Source: Candidatus Hydrogenedentota bacterium (GTDB taxonomy: Bacteria; Hydrogenedentota; Hydrogenedentia; Hydrogenedentales; JAJRTN01). From it: 64,000 nucleotides of DNA. The DNA is taken from NCBI GenBank assembly GCA_024278275.1, contig JAJRTN010000002.1, forward strand, positions 19,993 to 83,992, given 5' to 3'. Positions 40,049 to 49,770 of this stretch are shown here, piece by piece (positions within the stretch are counted from its first letter, which is position 1; each line of letters starts with the position of its first letter). Below the pieces are notes generated by a model that had not been told where the DNA came from, did not search any database, and saw only the letters and a program-made list of their open reading frames with translations. Made by a program: the position numbers and the translations under genes.

Positions 40049-40605
40049 TTTTTCGCCATTTCCTGCTGGACGTGAACGAAGTCAACACGTTTCTCATTGG
40101 GTGCGAGGAAACCCGTGAAGCCTTGCTGGTGGATTTGGGGGCCTGGGATCCCGCTATCGAGACCTGCCTCGCCGAACACGGACTGCAATTGGCCGCCATT
40201 TTCATCACCCACGATCACTACGATCACACCGGCGGGCTACGGGAGGCCCTGGCCCGGTACCCGGTGCGGGTTTACAGCGGAAATGGTGCTGCCGGAGATG
40301 TGCCCGGAACGCGCATCGGACAGGATGACACCCTCACCGTGGGCAATCTGGCGGGCCGAGTTGTCGCCACCCCCGGGCACACGCCCGAAGGGATAAGCCT
40401 GGTTCTGCCCGGCATGGTTTTTACCGGAGACGCGCTTTTCGCGGGTTCCGTGGGCGGAACCACTTCCGAAAGAAACGCGCGCCGGCAATTGGACGGCATA
40501 CGGGAGCATATCTTCACGCTGCCGGATGACTATGAGATTCATCCCGGCCACGGACCCGGAAGCACCGTGGTCATCGAACGAAGCGCCAACCCCTTCTTCT
40601 GCTGA
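40045..40605 (+). CDS. MBL-fold metallo-hydrolase (glyoxalase II-like)
   Basis: THDHYDH, TPGHT, FTGDALF, HPGHG. Confidence 0.92.
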   Translation: MIFRHFLLDVNEVNTFLIGCEETREALLVDLGAWDPAIETCLAEHGLQLAAIFITHDHYDHTGGLREALARYPVRVYSGNGAAGDVPGTRIGQDDTLTVGNLAGRVVATPGHTPEGISLVLPGMVFTGDALFAGSVGGTTSERNARRQLDGIREHIFTLPDDYEIHPGHGPGSTVVIERSANPFFC

Positions 40606-40623
40606 GCTGTCGCTAAGAGGGGG

Positions 40624-41901
40624 TCAGGACCGCGTGGTGTCCGAAAGCCCGCGGTCTTCACCACGCAGATACCGCGCCGCGTGGGCCGCCCAGGGGCGCA
40701 TCTCCAGGGCGCTCCAGATCATGAAGGCCATGATGGTGTTTTTCACCCAGGGGATATAGGGCCGCCATTCGGGAAAACTGGACGAACCGGTGATGAGTTT
40801 CAGGTTCAACAGGAGGATGAAAAGAACCATGGCAATGAGGGCGAAGCGCGTGCGCGTGTAACGCAGTACACGCCCCTCTTCGATCCGCTTCCATACCCAT
40901 GCCACGGCAACGACAAGCACCCAGAGTTCGAGGAGGCAAAGCCCACCGCCCACCGCGAGACACCGGAGCGGGCTTTCCGCGATCTGCTCTTTGGTCCACC
41001 AGGCATGGACGAACAGGTTCGCGTGGTGGATGGGGATGTAGTGCATCACCGTGCCCAGGAGGAGATTCCGGGAAAAAACGCCGATGAAGGGGAGGCAACG
41101 GAGGAGCAGGCCGGTTACCTGGCCCGCCATGTTGAAAACACAGTAGATCACCACGTTAAGGCCGCAATAGAAGAGCAGGTAGTTCGCTTCCCCCTTGACG
41201 AAATAGGTGAGGAGCACCTTGGGAACGTTTTTGCGCGCGTGGACCGCGTACCAGACCGCGAAAAGGCACAAGGCAAGCCCCGACAGGAGCATGACGGACC
41301 GGGGAAGTCCCTTGTTCTGGACAAGCCAGGTAAGATAGCCAACGGTTACGACCAGGATCCACGGGAAGAGCACGAAAGATCCCCCATCGACGGCGGCATA
41401 GAGTTCACGGGAGAGGCGGCCGGGATCCTGGTAGGCCAAGCAGAATCCGGCCACGGTCAACAGGGCGATCAGGACATCGCCATGGCGAACCGTCTTGAGG
41501 AACACAATGAGAAGGATTCGCGCCAGGGCCAGGAAGAGGAGGAATCGGAAGCAGAGCAAGGTCACGTCCTTGGGGGAGGAGAGGTAGAGCGTGTGAATCA
41601 GGGCGATGAAGAGGAAGATGATATTCTGCGTGGTATTAAGCGCGTGGTCTTTTTTCAGGGCGTAGATCAAGGTGAAACCGAACGCGAAAAAGAAGAACAC
41701 CGGCGCCGTGTCGCAGAAACGCATGATATAGTCGGCAACGCCCCCCGTTTTGGGAATGAAGCGGGAGAAATGGGCGATGGCCATCATGGCCAACGCCATG
41801 CCCCGGATAGCGTCCAGACCGGCATCCCGTGTTCTCTCTTTTCGTTTGCTTTCAACCAGACTCATCTTTTTCCTTTTTGATATGGCATGGGTTGACGTCA
41901 T
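40624..41901 (-). CDS. Polytopic membrane protein, acyltransferase/DUF1624-like
   Basis: RDAGLDAIRGMAL..H motif; FPW; many TM helices. Confidence 0.6.
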   Translation of the reverse strand: MTSTHAISKRKKMSLVESKRKERTRDAGLDAIRGMALAMMAIAHFSRFIPKTGGVADYIMRFCDTAPVFFFFAFGFTLIYALKKDHALNTTQNIIFLFIALIHTLYLSSPKDVTLLCFRFLLFLALARILLIVFLKTVRHGDVLIALLTVAGFCLAYQDPGRLSRELYAAVDGGSFVLFPWILVVTVGYLTWLVQNKGLPRSVMLLSGLALCLFAVWYAVHARKNVPKVLLTYFVKGEANYLLFYCGLNVVIYCVFNMAGQVTGLLLRCLPFIGVFSRNLLLGTVMHYIPIHHANLFVHAWWTKEQIAESPLRCLAVGGGLCLLELWVLVVAVAWVWKRIEEGRVLRYTRTRFALIAMVLFILLLNLKLITGSSSFPEWRPYIPWVKNTIMAFMIWSALEMRPWAAHAARYLRGEDRGLSDTTRS

Positions 41902-41919
41902 CCCCCCGAAGCCGCACGT

Positions 41920-42654
41920 TCATTCATTCCCGTTCGCCTCGACGTCGGCCCCCCGGGTTTCCGGTTCGGTTGGATCGCCGCCCACGGTGAAACGCGCGGG
42001 GTCGATCACTCCGCCCGCCCGCACGTCTTCACAAAGGATAATCACCCGTGGCGAAAGGTCCTGCCCGGCGTATATCTCCTGCTTCAACTGCAGGCCCGTG
42101 GCCTGGTCGATGTAGAAAATCCCCCGGGTAAACTGGAGGTTCGCGCCACGGGGCGTACCTTCAATCACGTAGACCGGCCGGTCTTCCACGCTATCTTCGC
42201 GCAGAAACTTCAGTTTCAGGTTCTTTTTCAAAACGCTCAACAGAGGCTCGCCGCCGGGGGGCGCGATGCCGCGGCCAATGTCCGGCGGTGCCACGCGGGC
42301 CTCGCGCCGCCCCATCATCTCGTTGATCAGGTAAAGGCTCTTCCCGTCGTAAATGGCATCATGGCGGCTCTCCGTGCCGACGGGATCGGGGATCGTCATG
42401 GTCAAGGACTGGCGCCATTGCTCCAGACCGTCGTCACGCAACACTTCGAGCGTGCCTTCGCCGGTCACTTGCAGCGCATTCGATCCGGCTTGAATCCTGG
42501 CGCTGATTCGGATCTTCGCACGGATGGTGGTCTGTTGCTCCCAGGCCTTGCCGATCTTTTCCTCCACATTGCGCAGGGATTCCGCCTGCACCGGAAACGC
42601 GCCGACTGTCACCAGCAAAAGGACCGTCAATAAAACGGGTCTCGCACTATTCAT
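41920..42654 (-). CDS. Secreted LolA-like protein
   Basis: Signal peptide; AIYDGKSLY, VYVIEGTP, FYIDQATGL, IDPARF; start overlaps the upstream stop (ATGA). Confidence 0.65.
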   Translation of the reverse strand: MNSARPVLLTVLLLVTVGAFPVQAESLRNVEEKIGKAWEQQTTIRAKIRISARIQAGSNALQVTGEGTLEVLRDDGLEQWRQSLTMTIPDPVGTESRHDAIYDGKSLYLINEMMGRREARVAPPDIGRGIAPPGGEPLLSVLKKNLKLKFLREDSVEDRPVYVIEGTPRGANLQFTRGIFYIDQATGLQLKQEIYAGQDLSPRVIILCEDVRAGGVIDPARFTVGGDPTEPETRGADVEANGNE

Positions 42655-45500
42655 GGCATGTCTCCCACGTCCTCGGTCAATACACCGGCCAGCAGTTCCG
42701 CCATGTGCAGGGGCTTGAAGTCGGTCAGATGTTCTATCTGGTGGCGGCAGCTTGTGCCCGACGCGATCACGTGGGTGCCGGGGTCCAGGGCATTGAGTTG
42801 ATCCACCAGTTCCCGCCCCACTTTCACCGACAGGTCGTACTTCTTGTCCATTTGACCGAAGGCCCCCGCCATGCCGCAGCAGCCGGTTTTCAACAGTTGC
42901 ACGTCGTTCTTGGGGATCATGCCGGCCAGTTGGGGCATCCGCTCCGGCTTGGTCAATGCTTTGGCGTGACAGTGGGCATGGATGGCGGTGGCACGATTCA
43001 TGGACGTGAAGGACAGGGCTTCCGGTTCTTTCTCCAGCAGATTCACCATGAAGTCTTCGAAGGTGAAGCAACGCCCGGCCACCGCTTCCGCGCCCTCCAC
43101 ACGCAGCTCGGCGTAGTCCTGCTTGAACATGGAGAAACACGACGGCTCCAGGAATATGATCGGGGCCTTGCCGTCGCGGAACACGCGCATATTGGTCTTC
43201 GCGAAACGTTCCACCACGTCGAGCCGCCCCATGCTGAAAGCGGGACGGCCACAGCAGGCACGCCCTTCCGGCAGAACCACCTCGAAACCGGCGGCTTCCA
43301 GCACCCGCACGGCGGCGCGGCCGATATTGGGCTCGTAATGGCGCACGTAGCAATCGTCCCACAGAATGACACGGCCCCGCGTGGCGGGTTTGTCCGGCGC
43401 CATGCGCTTCCTGAACCACCTGTCGAAGCGCTGCCGCGCGTAGAGGGGCATGGAGCGTTTCATGGAAAAACCGCAGGTTAACTGCATGATCTTGCGCACG
43501 GGCCAGAACTCAAGGAAAAAGTTGGTGACCCGCGGGGCCATGGAAGCCACCTTCGACACCAGGTCGAGACGGCTTACGAGCCGGGCATGAAGCGGGACGC
43601 CATGTTTCCGGAGTTTGGCGTACATCAGTTCCGTCTTCAGCAAGGTCATGTTAACGTTGGAAGGGCACTCGGAGGTGCATGCCTTGCAGGCGAGGCAATT
43701 GTCCAGGGCTTTCTCCAGGGATTCCGAGAGCAACGGCTCCCTTTCAAAATCGAGACGGCGCTCCAGTACGGCGCGGATGACGTTGGCGCGGCCTCTCGTC
43801 GCCATGATGTCCTCGCCCGTCACGCGATACGTGGGACACATGGTGGGTTCATCTTTCCGGCAGCCGCCACAGCCGTTGCACTGCTCCAGGTTCCCGACGA
43901 AAGACGCGTCTTTTTCCACGAATCCCAGCACCGGGGCGAAAGGAAGCCGATCCAAGGCCCACCGTTCGCCCTGGCGCAGATCCCGGTCGATCCGGTAACG
44001 GCCGTCGGGAATGATCTTGCCCGGGTTCATCAGGCCGGAAGGGTCGAGCACGGCCTTCACCCGGCGCATGGCGTCGAGAAGCTCGGGACCGATCTGCCCC
44101 TCCATGAACTCGGTCCGGCCCAGGCCCACGCCATGTTCCCCGGCATAAGACCCGTTGAACCGAAGGCTGAGGGCGAAAACGCCTTCCGTGATATCCCGGT
44201 ACTTGCCGATGTCCATCGTCTTGTGCAGGTCCAGGATGGGGCGCACGTGAAGCATGCCCGACGCAGCGTGGCCGTAGAAAGAACCCTTCACGCCAAGCGG
44301 CCCCAGCAGGTCCTGGAGCCCGCGCACGTAGTCGGGCAGCTTCTCCGGCGGCACGGCGACATCCTCGATTCCGGCGACGGGCTTCGCCGGGCCGGCACGG
44401 CCGGTGAGCAGCGACAGACCGGCCTTGCGCAACCCCCAAACGGACGCCATTTCCCGGTCGTTCCTGCAGATATACTTTCTGAGGCCCAGGTTCTTTCGTT
44501 CCAGCGCGGCGAGCTTTTCCCGAACGTCGTCGTAAAACTCGACCAGCAGCACCGAGGTACAGGGTTTGTCGTCCAGTTCGAGCAAAGCCCGCACCGCTTC
44601 GAATTGAAGCTGGCCGCGGGTCTCGTCGAAACACACGTCGTCAATGTGTTCGATGGCGGCCGGTCCGAGGTCGGCCAGTTCCACCGTGGCCTGCATGGCC
44701 TCGCCGATGCTGTCGAAGAAAATGAGGCCCATGCCCTTCTCCCGGGGCAAGGGGACCAGCCCCACTTCCGCGCTGATAACGGCCCCAAGGGTGCCTTCGC
44801 TGCCACCGAAAAGACGGGCGAGATTGCCCTTTTCCTTGAGGTAGCGCCGGAAACCATAGCCCGGCCAGCGTTTGATGATGTTGTCATGAAAACGACGCCG
44901 CACCTCGGGCGCGCACGCTTCAAGGATGTCTTCGATTTTCGCCCGCTCCTCGGCGAGATCGGCACTGCCGTTGCCGAGGGTCGCCACGCGTCCGTCGGAC
45001 AGGGCCAGCTCGATTGCCCGTGTGTGGTCGATGGTGGTGCCGTAGAGGGGCGCCCGCGCGCCGGAGGAGTCGTTGGCGATCATTCCGCCGAGGGTCGCCC
45101 GCGAGCTGGTGGCCACATCGGGACCGAAGGTCAGGCCGTGGGGGCGAAGAAAAGCGTTGAGCTGATCCAGCACCACGCCCGCCCCGACGCGTACCGTGCG
45201 GGCTTCCACGTTGAGATCCGTGATGGCGCGATGGTGGAGCGAAAAATCCACCACCAGCCCCTCGCCAAGAGCACCCCCGGCCAGTCCCGTGCCCGCGCCA
45301 CGGGCAATTACGGGGATTTTTTCCGCAATGGCGGCCTCAATCACCGAGGCGGTCTCTTGGGCGTTTTTTGGGAAGGCCACGGCTTGTGGCGTGACCTGGT
45401 GGATGGAGGCATCCGTCGCATAAAGTTGGCGCGTCATGTCATCGGCGCGTACTTCACAGGACGTGGCTTCGGCAAGTTTCTTCAGGATTTCATTGCTCAC
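42651..45500 (-). CDS. FAD-binding, Fe-S cluster oxidoreductase (GlcD/GlcF-type fusion, YdiJ-like)
   Basis: RGAGTGLAG, GEHGVG, CNGCGGC, CLACKAC..ECP, CCG domains. Confidence 0.92.
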   Translation of the reverse strand: MSNEILKKLAEATSCEVRADDMTRQLYATDASIHQVTPQAVAFPKNAQETASVIEAAIAEKIPVIARGAGTGLAGGALGEGLVVDFSLHHRAITDLNVEARTVRVGAGVVLDQLNAFLRPHGLTFGPDVATSSRATLGGMIANDSSGARAPLYGTTIDHTRAIELALSDGRVATLGNGSADLAEERAKIEDILEACAPEVRRRFHDNIIKRWPGYGFRRYLKEKGNLARLFGGSEGTLGAVISAEVGLVPLPREKGMGLIFFDSIGEAMQATVELADLGPAAIEHIDDVCFDETRGQLQFEAVRALLELDDKPCTSVLLVEFYDDVREKLAALERKNLGLRKYICRNDREMASVWGLRKAGLSLLTGRAGPAKPVAGIEDVAVPPEKLPDYVRGLQDLLGPLGVKGSFYGHAASGMLHVRPILDLHKTMDIGKYRDITEGVFALSLRFNGSYAGEHGVGLGRTEFMEGQIGPELLDAMRRVKAVLDPSGLMNPGKIIPDGRYRIDRDLRQGERWALDRLPFAPVLGFVEKDASFVGNLEQCNGCGGCRKDEPTMCPTYRVTGEDIMATRGRANVIRAVLERRLDFEREPLLSESLEKALDNCLACKACTSECPSNVNMTLLKTELMYAKLRKHGVPLHARLVSRLDLVSKVASMAPRVTNFFLEFWPVRKIMQLTCGFSMKRSMPLYARQRFDRWFRKRMAPDKPATRGRVILWDDCYVRHYEPNIGRAAVRVLEAAGFEVVLPEGRACCGRPAFSMGRLDVVERFAKTNMRVFRDGKAPIIFLEPSCFSMFKQDYAELRVEGAEAVAGRCFTFEDFMVNLLEKEPEALSFTSMNRATAIHAHCHAKALTKPERMPQLAGMIPKNDVQLLKTGCCGMAGAFGQMDKKYDLSVKVGRELVDQLNALDPGTHVIASGTSCRHQIEHLTDFKPLHMAELLAGVLTEDVGDMP

Positions 45501-45548
45501 GGGCTGTTCTTTCAGGTAGTTTGGCGGGAAGCGTTCACGGGGAATACC

Positions 45549-45599
45549 GTGGCACGGATGACTTCCGAATGTGGTACAGCCGCCCCGGCCGTGCCACAT
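45549..45599. repeat. Second copy of the TGTGGCACAGCCGCCCC-type palindrome
   Basis: GTGGCACGG..ATGTGGTACAGCCGCCCCGGCCGTGCCACAT. Confidence 0.55.
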
Positions 45600-45756
45600 G
45601 AGAAAAGAGCCGGTTCCCTGTACCTGCTCCTGTTTGTTTCCACTTTCGGGAACGGCAGCGGAGTGTCGTAAACGCTTACCTTTGACGGACCCACCGACGC
45701 GGGCATGAGTATACACAATTCTCGCCGCGCCCGGCGACATATGAAGGGAATTAACC

Positions 45757-46921
45757 ATGAAAATCACCGGTTATCGCACCCTCATCCTGGGTACCCCCTG
45801 GCGCAACTTGACCTACCTGATCCTTGAAACCGACGTGGGGGTTTCCGGCGTGGGCGAGGCCCGAGTGGTCGGCAAAACCCACACGGTCCTCGAATACCTT
45901 CGTGACAAGCAGGGCCATTTCATGGGTGCCGACGTGCATGACATCGAGACGCTCTACCAGCGGGTGACGCGCGATGATTTCGGCGTGGCGGGCGAAGTGG
46001 CCATGACCGGCCTCGCCCTGGTCGAGATGGCCTGCTGGGACTGCATCGGCAAGGCCGCCGGGCTGCCGGTTTACCAGTTGGTCGGCGGCAAGGTGCGCGA
46101 CCGTATCCCCGCCTACGCCAACGGGTGGTACCGGGTGGAGCGCATCGGAGGCCTTCTCCGCGGCGGCCCGGCGCGTGGTGGACCGGGGCTATACCGCCCT
46201 GAAGTTCGATCCCTTCGGCAATGGCGGCCTGGCACTAAGCCGTCCCGCCTTTCACCACGCCATCGGCCTCATCGAGGCGGTGCATGATGCTGTGGGGGAG
46301 GCCGCTCAATTGCTGATCGAGATGCACGGCCGTTTTGCACCGCACCAGGCCATCGAAATCGCCCGGGCCGTGGAACGCTTCCAACCGGGCTGGCTCGAGG
46401 AGCCTTGCCGTCCCGACGACCTTGACGCCCTCGCGTTGGTCGCCCGGCACACGCCGCTTCCCATCGCCACGGGGGAGCGCCTCTACAGCGCCAACGCCTA
46501 CCGTGATTTGTTCGCGCGCCGGGCGTGCCACATCATTCAGCCGGACATCAACCAGTGCGGCGGGCTGCTGGAAGTGAAGAAGATCGCCGCCACCGCCGAG
46601 ACCCATTCCATGATGGTGGCCCCCCACAACGTGGGCGGCATCGTCTCCACCACGGCGGCCCTTCACCTTATGGCGGGTTTGCGCAACGGCTTCTTACTGG
46701 AGCACTTCAACGACTTTGTCGACGAAGACGTGAAACAGGTGGGCGCGCCCTATCCCGAGGTGGTGGACGGGCATTTCGCCCTGCCCGGGGGGCCCGGCTG
46801 GGGTATTGAACTCAACGAGGAATACATTGCGGAGCATCCGCCGGTGACGGTGGACGGCGTCATCCAGGACCCGGGGCTGAACATGTTTGTCGATGGCGAC
46901 TGGAACCGTCGGGGACGGTAG
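45757..46921 (+). pseudogene. Mandelate racemase/galactonate dehydratase-family enolase with a frameshift near 46144
   Basis: Frame 1 up to AYANGWYRVER; frame 2 continues EAFSAAARR..ALKFDPFG, EMHGRF, WLEEP, TGERL, QPD, APHN. Confidence 0.85.
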
Positions 46922-46927
46922 CGGGGG

Positions 46928-47005
46928 GATGGACGAACGCGGACGGACACCGACAAACACGGGCACCGACTGGGGCTGCGCCAGTCCGTGTACGTCCGTG
47001 TGTTC
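46928..47005. repeat. Imperfect ACGGAC/GTCCGT palindromic microrepeat
   Basis: ggacgaacgcggacggacaccgacaaacacgg ... gtccgtgtacgtccgtg. Confidence 0.45.
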
Positions 47006-47138
47006 CCGCCCCTTGCGAAAGGCGGATGGGTTGGGTAAACTCATCTCACCACGGGCGGGAGGTCAACGGGGACCGTTTCGTCCATAACCACCATCCCCGC
47101 TTTGTTCAACGGGGAATCACGTCAGCGGGAGGAAGCTC

Positions 47139-48719
47139 ATGGAAGGATCACTGCTCATCACCGAATGGGCGATGATTGGCGTGTTTGTCGTGGGGGTCGT
47201 TCTCTGGGGCATGCGCATGCACGGCAACACCACCACCATGGAAGGGGCCTTCCTGGCGGGACGGCGTGTGCCGGGCATCATCGCTTCGTTTTCCACCGTG
47301 GCGACCAACCTCAACGCCAACGATTTCCTGGGATTGACCGGCGCGGTCTACGTGGTGGGCATTGTCATGGCCCACATCATTTTCAGCAACGGCATTGTCC
47401 TGGTGATTGTGGCGCTGCTGCTGATGCACCGGCTCCGGCGCTACAATGTCTATTCCCTGGGCGGCTGGCTCGAAAAACGCTACGCCCCGGCCGTGGGCAA
47501 CGCCTACAGCATTATCTGGACCTTTGTCTGGATGCTCTTCAACCTGGGCCTGTACATCTACGGCGGGGCGCTGGTGCTGAACACCATGCTCGGTTGGAAT
47601 CTCTACCTTTGCATCGTTGGTTTGTCCATTGTCGCCGCATTCTACACATTGGCCGGCGGGCTGGGCGCGGTGGTGGCGACTGACGTGCTGCAAATCTGTC
47701 TTATGTTCTTTCCGTTGGTCATCGTGGGCTACATGGCTCTCCACGATCCGTCCATCGGCGGGCTGGCGGGGCTGGCGGCCAAGCTCCCCGAGACGCACAA
47801 CAACCTTTGGCCTGAAACGACCAAGTTCGGTTCCCTGCCCATCCTGCTTTTCGGCATGATCTTCATGGGGCTGAGCTACTGGTCGTGCGAGGCACAGGTG
47901 GTCCAGCGGCCCCTCTGCGCCAAGGACCCGGAGGCCGCGTCCATCAGCTACATGGGCGCCGCCGTGTGGTACGCGCTTATCGTGCCTTTCGTCATCGTGG
48001 TGCCGGGCCTGTGCGCGGTGCTCCTTTTCCCGGATTTGGAAAAAGGCGACTACGCCATGCCCATGCTGGTACATCGGTACCTGCCCGCCGGTCTTTACGG
48101 CGTCGCCGTGGTGGGCCTCATTGCCGGTTTCCTGTCCAGCGCCGATTCGCAAATCAACGCTTTCTGCTCCATGTTCACCACCGATATCTACCGTAAGCTT
48201 CTTGTGAAAGGGCGTGGGGAGGAACATTATGTGGGCGTATCCCGCGTGGCGGGCGTCGTGTTCACCCTCGCCGCCATCGGCACGGCGTGGATCGTGAGCC
48301 GGAACTCCGACGGCATGTTCCTCTTCGCCGTGTCCGTGCTGGCCACGATCATGCCGCCCTTTGGGGCCATCTCGCTCCTGGGCGTACTGTGGCACCGGGC
48401 CACCGCACGCGGGGCTATCGCCGGATTGGCCATTGGAGGCTGCACCGCCGTGGGGTTGGTGTTTGTGGCTCAGAAGGGCTACCTGGCCGACATTGCCTCG
48501 GATGATCTTTATTTCCGCACCATCATCACGTTTACCGTGACCGCGTTCATCACCGTCATCGTGAGTATGGTGGATCACGCTCCCCCGGAGCGGGAAATAC
48601 CCGAGGGCGACGAGCGTTTGCTGGGTTCCTCGCCGCGGGTACTGCGCTTCGGCGCCGCCATGCTCTGCGTAACCGTTCTTGTGTACTTGTTCTGGACATA
48701 CTACTTCCATGGCGCATAG
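47139..48719 (+). CDS. Sodium:solute symporter (SSS)
   Basis: FLAGR, YTLAGGLGAVVATDVLQ, QVVQRPL, SSADSQIN..FTTDIY. Confidence 0.93.
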   Translation: MEGSLLITEWAMIGVFVVGVVLWGMRMHGNTTTMEGAFLAGRRVPGIIASFSTVATNLNANDFLGLTGAVYVVGIVMAHIIFSNGIVLVIVALLLMHRLRRYNVYSLGGWLEKRYAPAVGNAYSIIWTFVWMLFNLGLYIYGGALVLNTMLGWNLYLCIVGLSIVAAFYTLAGGLGAVVATDVLQICLMFFPLVIVGYMALHDPSIGGLAGLAAKLPETHNNLWPETTKFGSLPILLFGMIFMGLSYWSCEAQVVQRPLCAKDPEAASISYMGAAVWYALIVPFVIVVPGLCAVLLFPDLEKGDYAMPMLVHRYLPAGLYGVAVVGLIAGFLSSADSQINAFCSMFTTDIYRKLLVKGRGEEHYVGVSRVAGVVFTLAAIGTAWIVSRNSDGMFLFAVSVLATIMPPFGAISLLGVLWHRATARGAIAGLAIGGCTAVGLVFVAQKGYLADIASDDLYFRTIITFTVTAFITVIVSMVDHAPPEREIPEGDERLLGSSPRVLRFGAAMLCVTVLVYLFWTYYFHGA

Positions 48720-48731
48720 GGGATTGATGTT

Positions 48732-48962
48732 GTGACGGATTCAAAAAGGAACAAAGGCCTCGGGTTGGGGCTGCTGAATGGCGCGGTCCTCCTGCTTATC
48801 GGGGCGCTGGTGCTGATCACGCCGCTGCTCCCCGGCATCGTGCTCACGGCGCAACAACGCATGTTGGACAATGTGGCGGGGGGCCTGCTGTTGGGCGTGG
48901 GCGTGCTTCTTCTGATGCTGCATTTCGCCGGCCGGAAGACGGGGCGCCACGATAGCGAATAG
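48732..48962 (+). CDS. Small two-TM protein
   Basis: Two hydrophobic helices, immediately after the SSS gene. Confidence 0.55.
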   Translation: MTDSKRNKGLGLGLLNGAVLLLIGALVLITPLLPGIVLTAQQRMLDNVAGGLLLGVGVLLLMLHFAGRKTGRHDSE

Positions 48963-49025
48963 CGCCGCCGGCGGGACCCGGCGGCTCCATCCCATTGTCG
49001 CCGTTTATCCCGTTGTCCCGTCTGC

Positions 49026-49054
49026 TTGACAGACCTGCCCCGTTGGGGTATCTT
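49026..49054 (+). promoter_or_regulatory. Sigma70 promoter
   Basis: TTGACA, 17 bp, TATCTT. Confidence 0.6.
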
Positions 49055-49094
49055 GGCCTTGGGCGAAAAGGCACGAAGGGAAGGAACGCACGCC

Positions 49095-49370
49095 ATGGAG
49101 CAGTCCACGCACGATTGTCGCCGGTGTGGCAAGTCCTATGTGGTGGGTCCCGCCGACCACGACGAGGACCGGGAGCAGTTTTGCTTCGAGTGCCGACGCG
49201 AGCGCCGCGAGCACGGCCGGGTGGAAACCGTGCGCCGCGATTGTATGAACTGTTTCGGAACGGGTTCCATCATGGGCGCGGACTGCACCGTTTGCGATGG
49301 AAGCGGTTCGGTGGAGGAGTCCGTCGTTCAACTGCCCGAAATGGGTCCTGGCGGCAAGTGGATCCTCTGA
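49095..49370 (+). CDS. Small Cys-rich protein with two zinc-finger modules (second DnaJ-like)
   Basis: CRRC..CFEC and CMNCFGTG..CTVCDGSG; AAGGA RBS. Confidence 0.7.
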   Translation: MEQSTHDCRRCGKSYVVGPADHDEDREQFCFECRRERREHGRVETVRRDCMNCFGTGSIMGADCTVCDGSGSVEESVVQLPEMGPGGKWIL

Positions 49371-49467
49371 GACGGTCATCCCGTATCGCGGACGTTTCGC
49401 CCCCCTTGGACATGGGCCCCCAAACCGGTGTCGCTAATAATACCGGTTGGGGCGTTGGTGCGTTCCA

Positions 49468-49557
49468 AAACCGTCATCCCCGCGAACGCAGGGCTCCATG
49501 GCAGGGTAACCCCTGAACCTTTCCCGTGGATTCCCGCGTTCGCGGGAATGACGGTTT
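49468..49557. repeat. Palindromic GTCATTCCCGCG..GGGAATGAC repeat (dRS3/RPE-like)
   Basis: AAACCGTCATCCCCGCGAACGCAGGG..TGGATTCCCGCGTTCGCGGGAATGACGGTTT. Confidence 0.75.
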
Positions 49558-49770
49558 GGTCGTGAGCGCTGGTCCGTGAGCGGGCGAAGCGATCACATGG
49601 AAAGAATCCATATCACGAGCCCCGAAAAGGCACATAGCGACCCGGCACCTTTCCACAACGTTCTTGGCGGAAACGGTTTTCGGAAAATCACACCCTTACC
49701 CGGTTGGGCTCAGAAAGCCGGAGTATCCATGAAGAAGCGGCGCGACCGCTACCGGCCGCGCCGCGTTTGA

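Noticed and set aside
42655-43419. N-terminal extension of the 499 aa ORF 41920..43419
   Set aside because: Overlaps the oxidoreductase out of frame; the real start is ATG 42654 with a signal peptide
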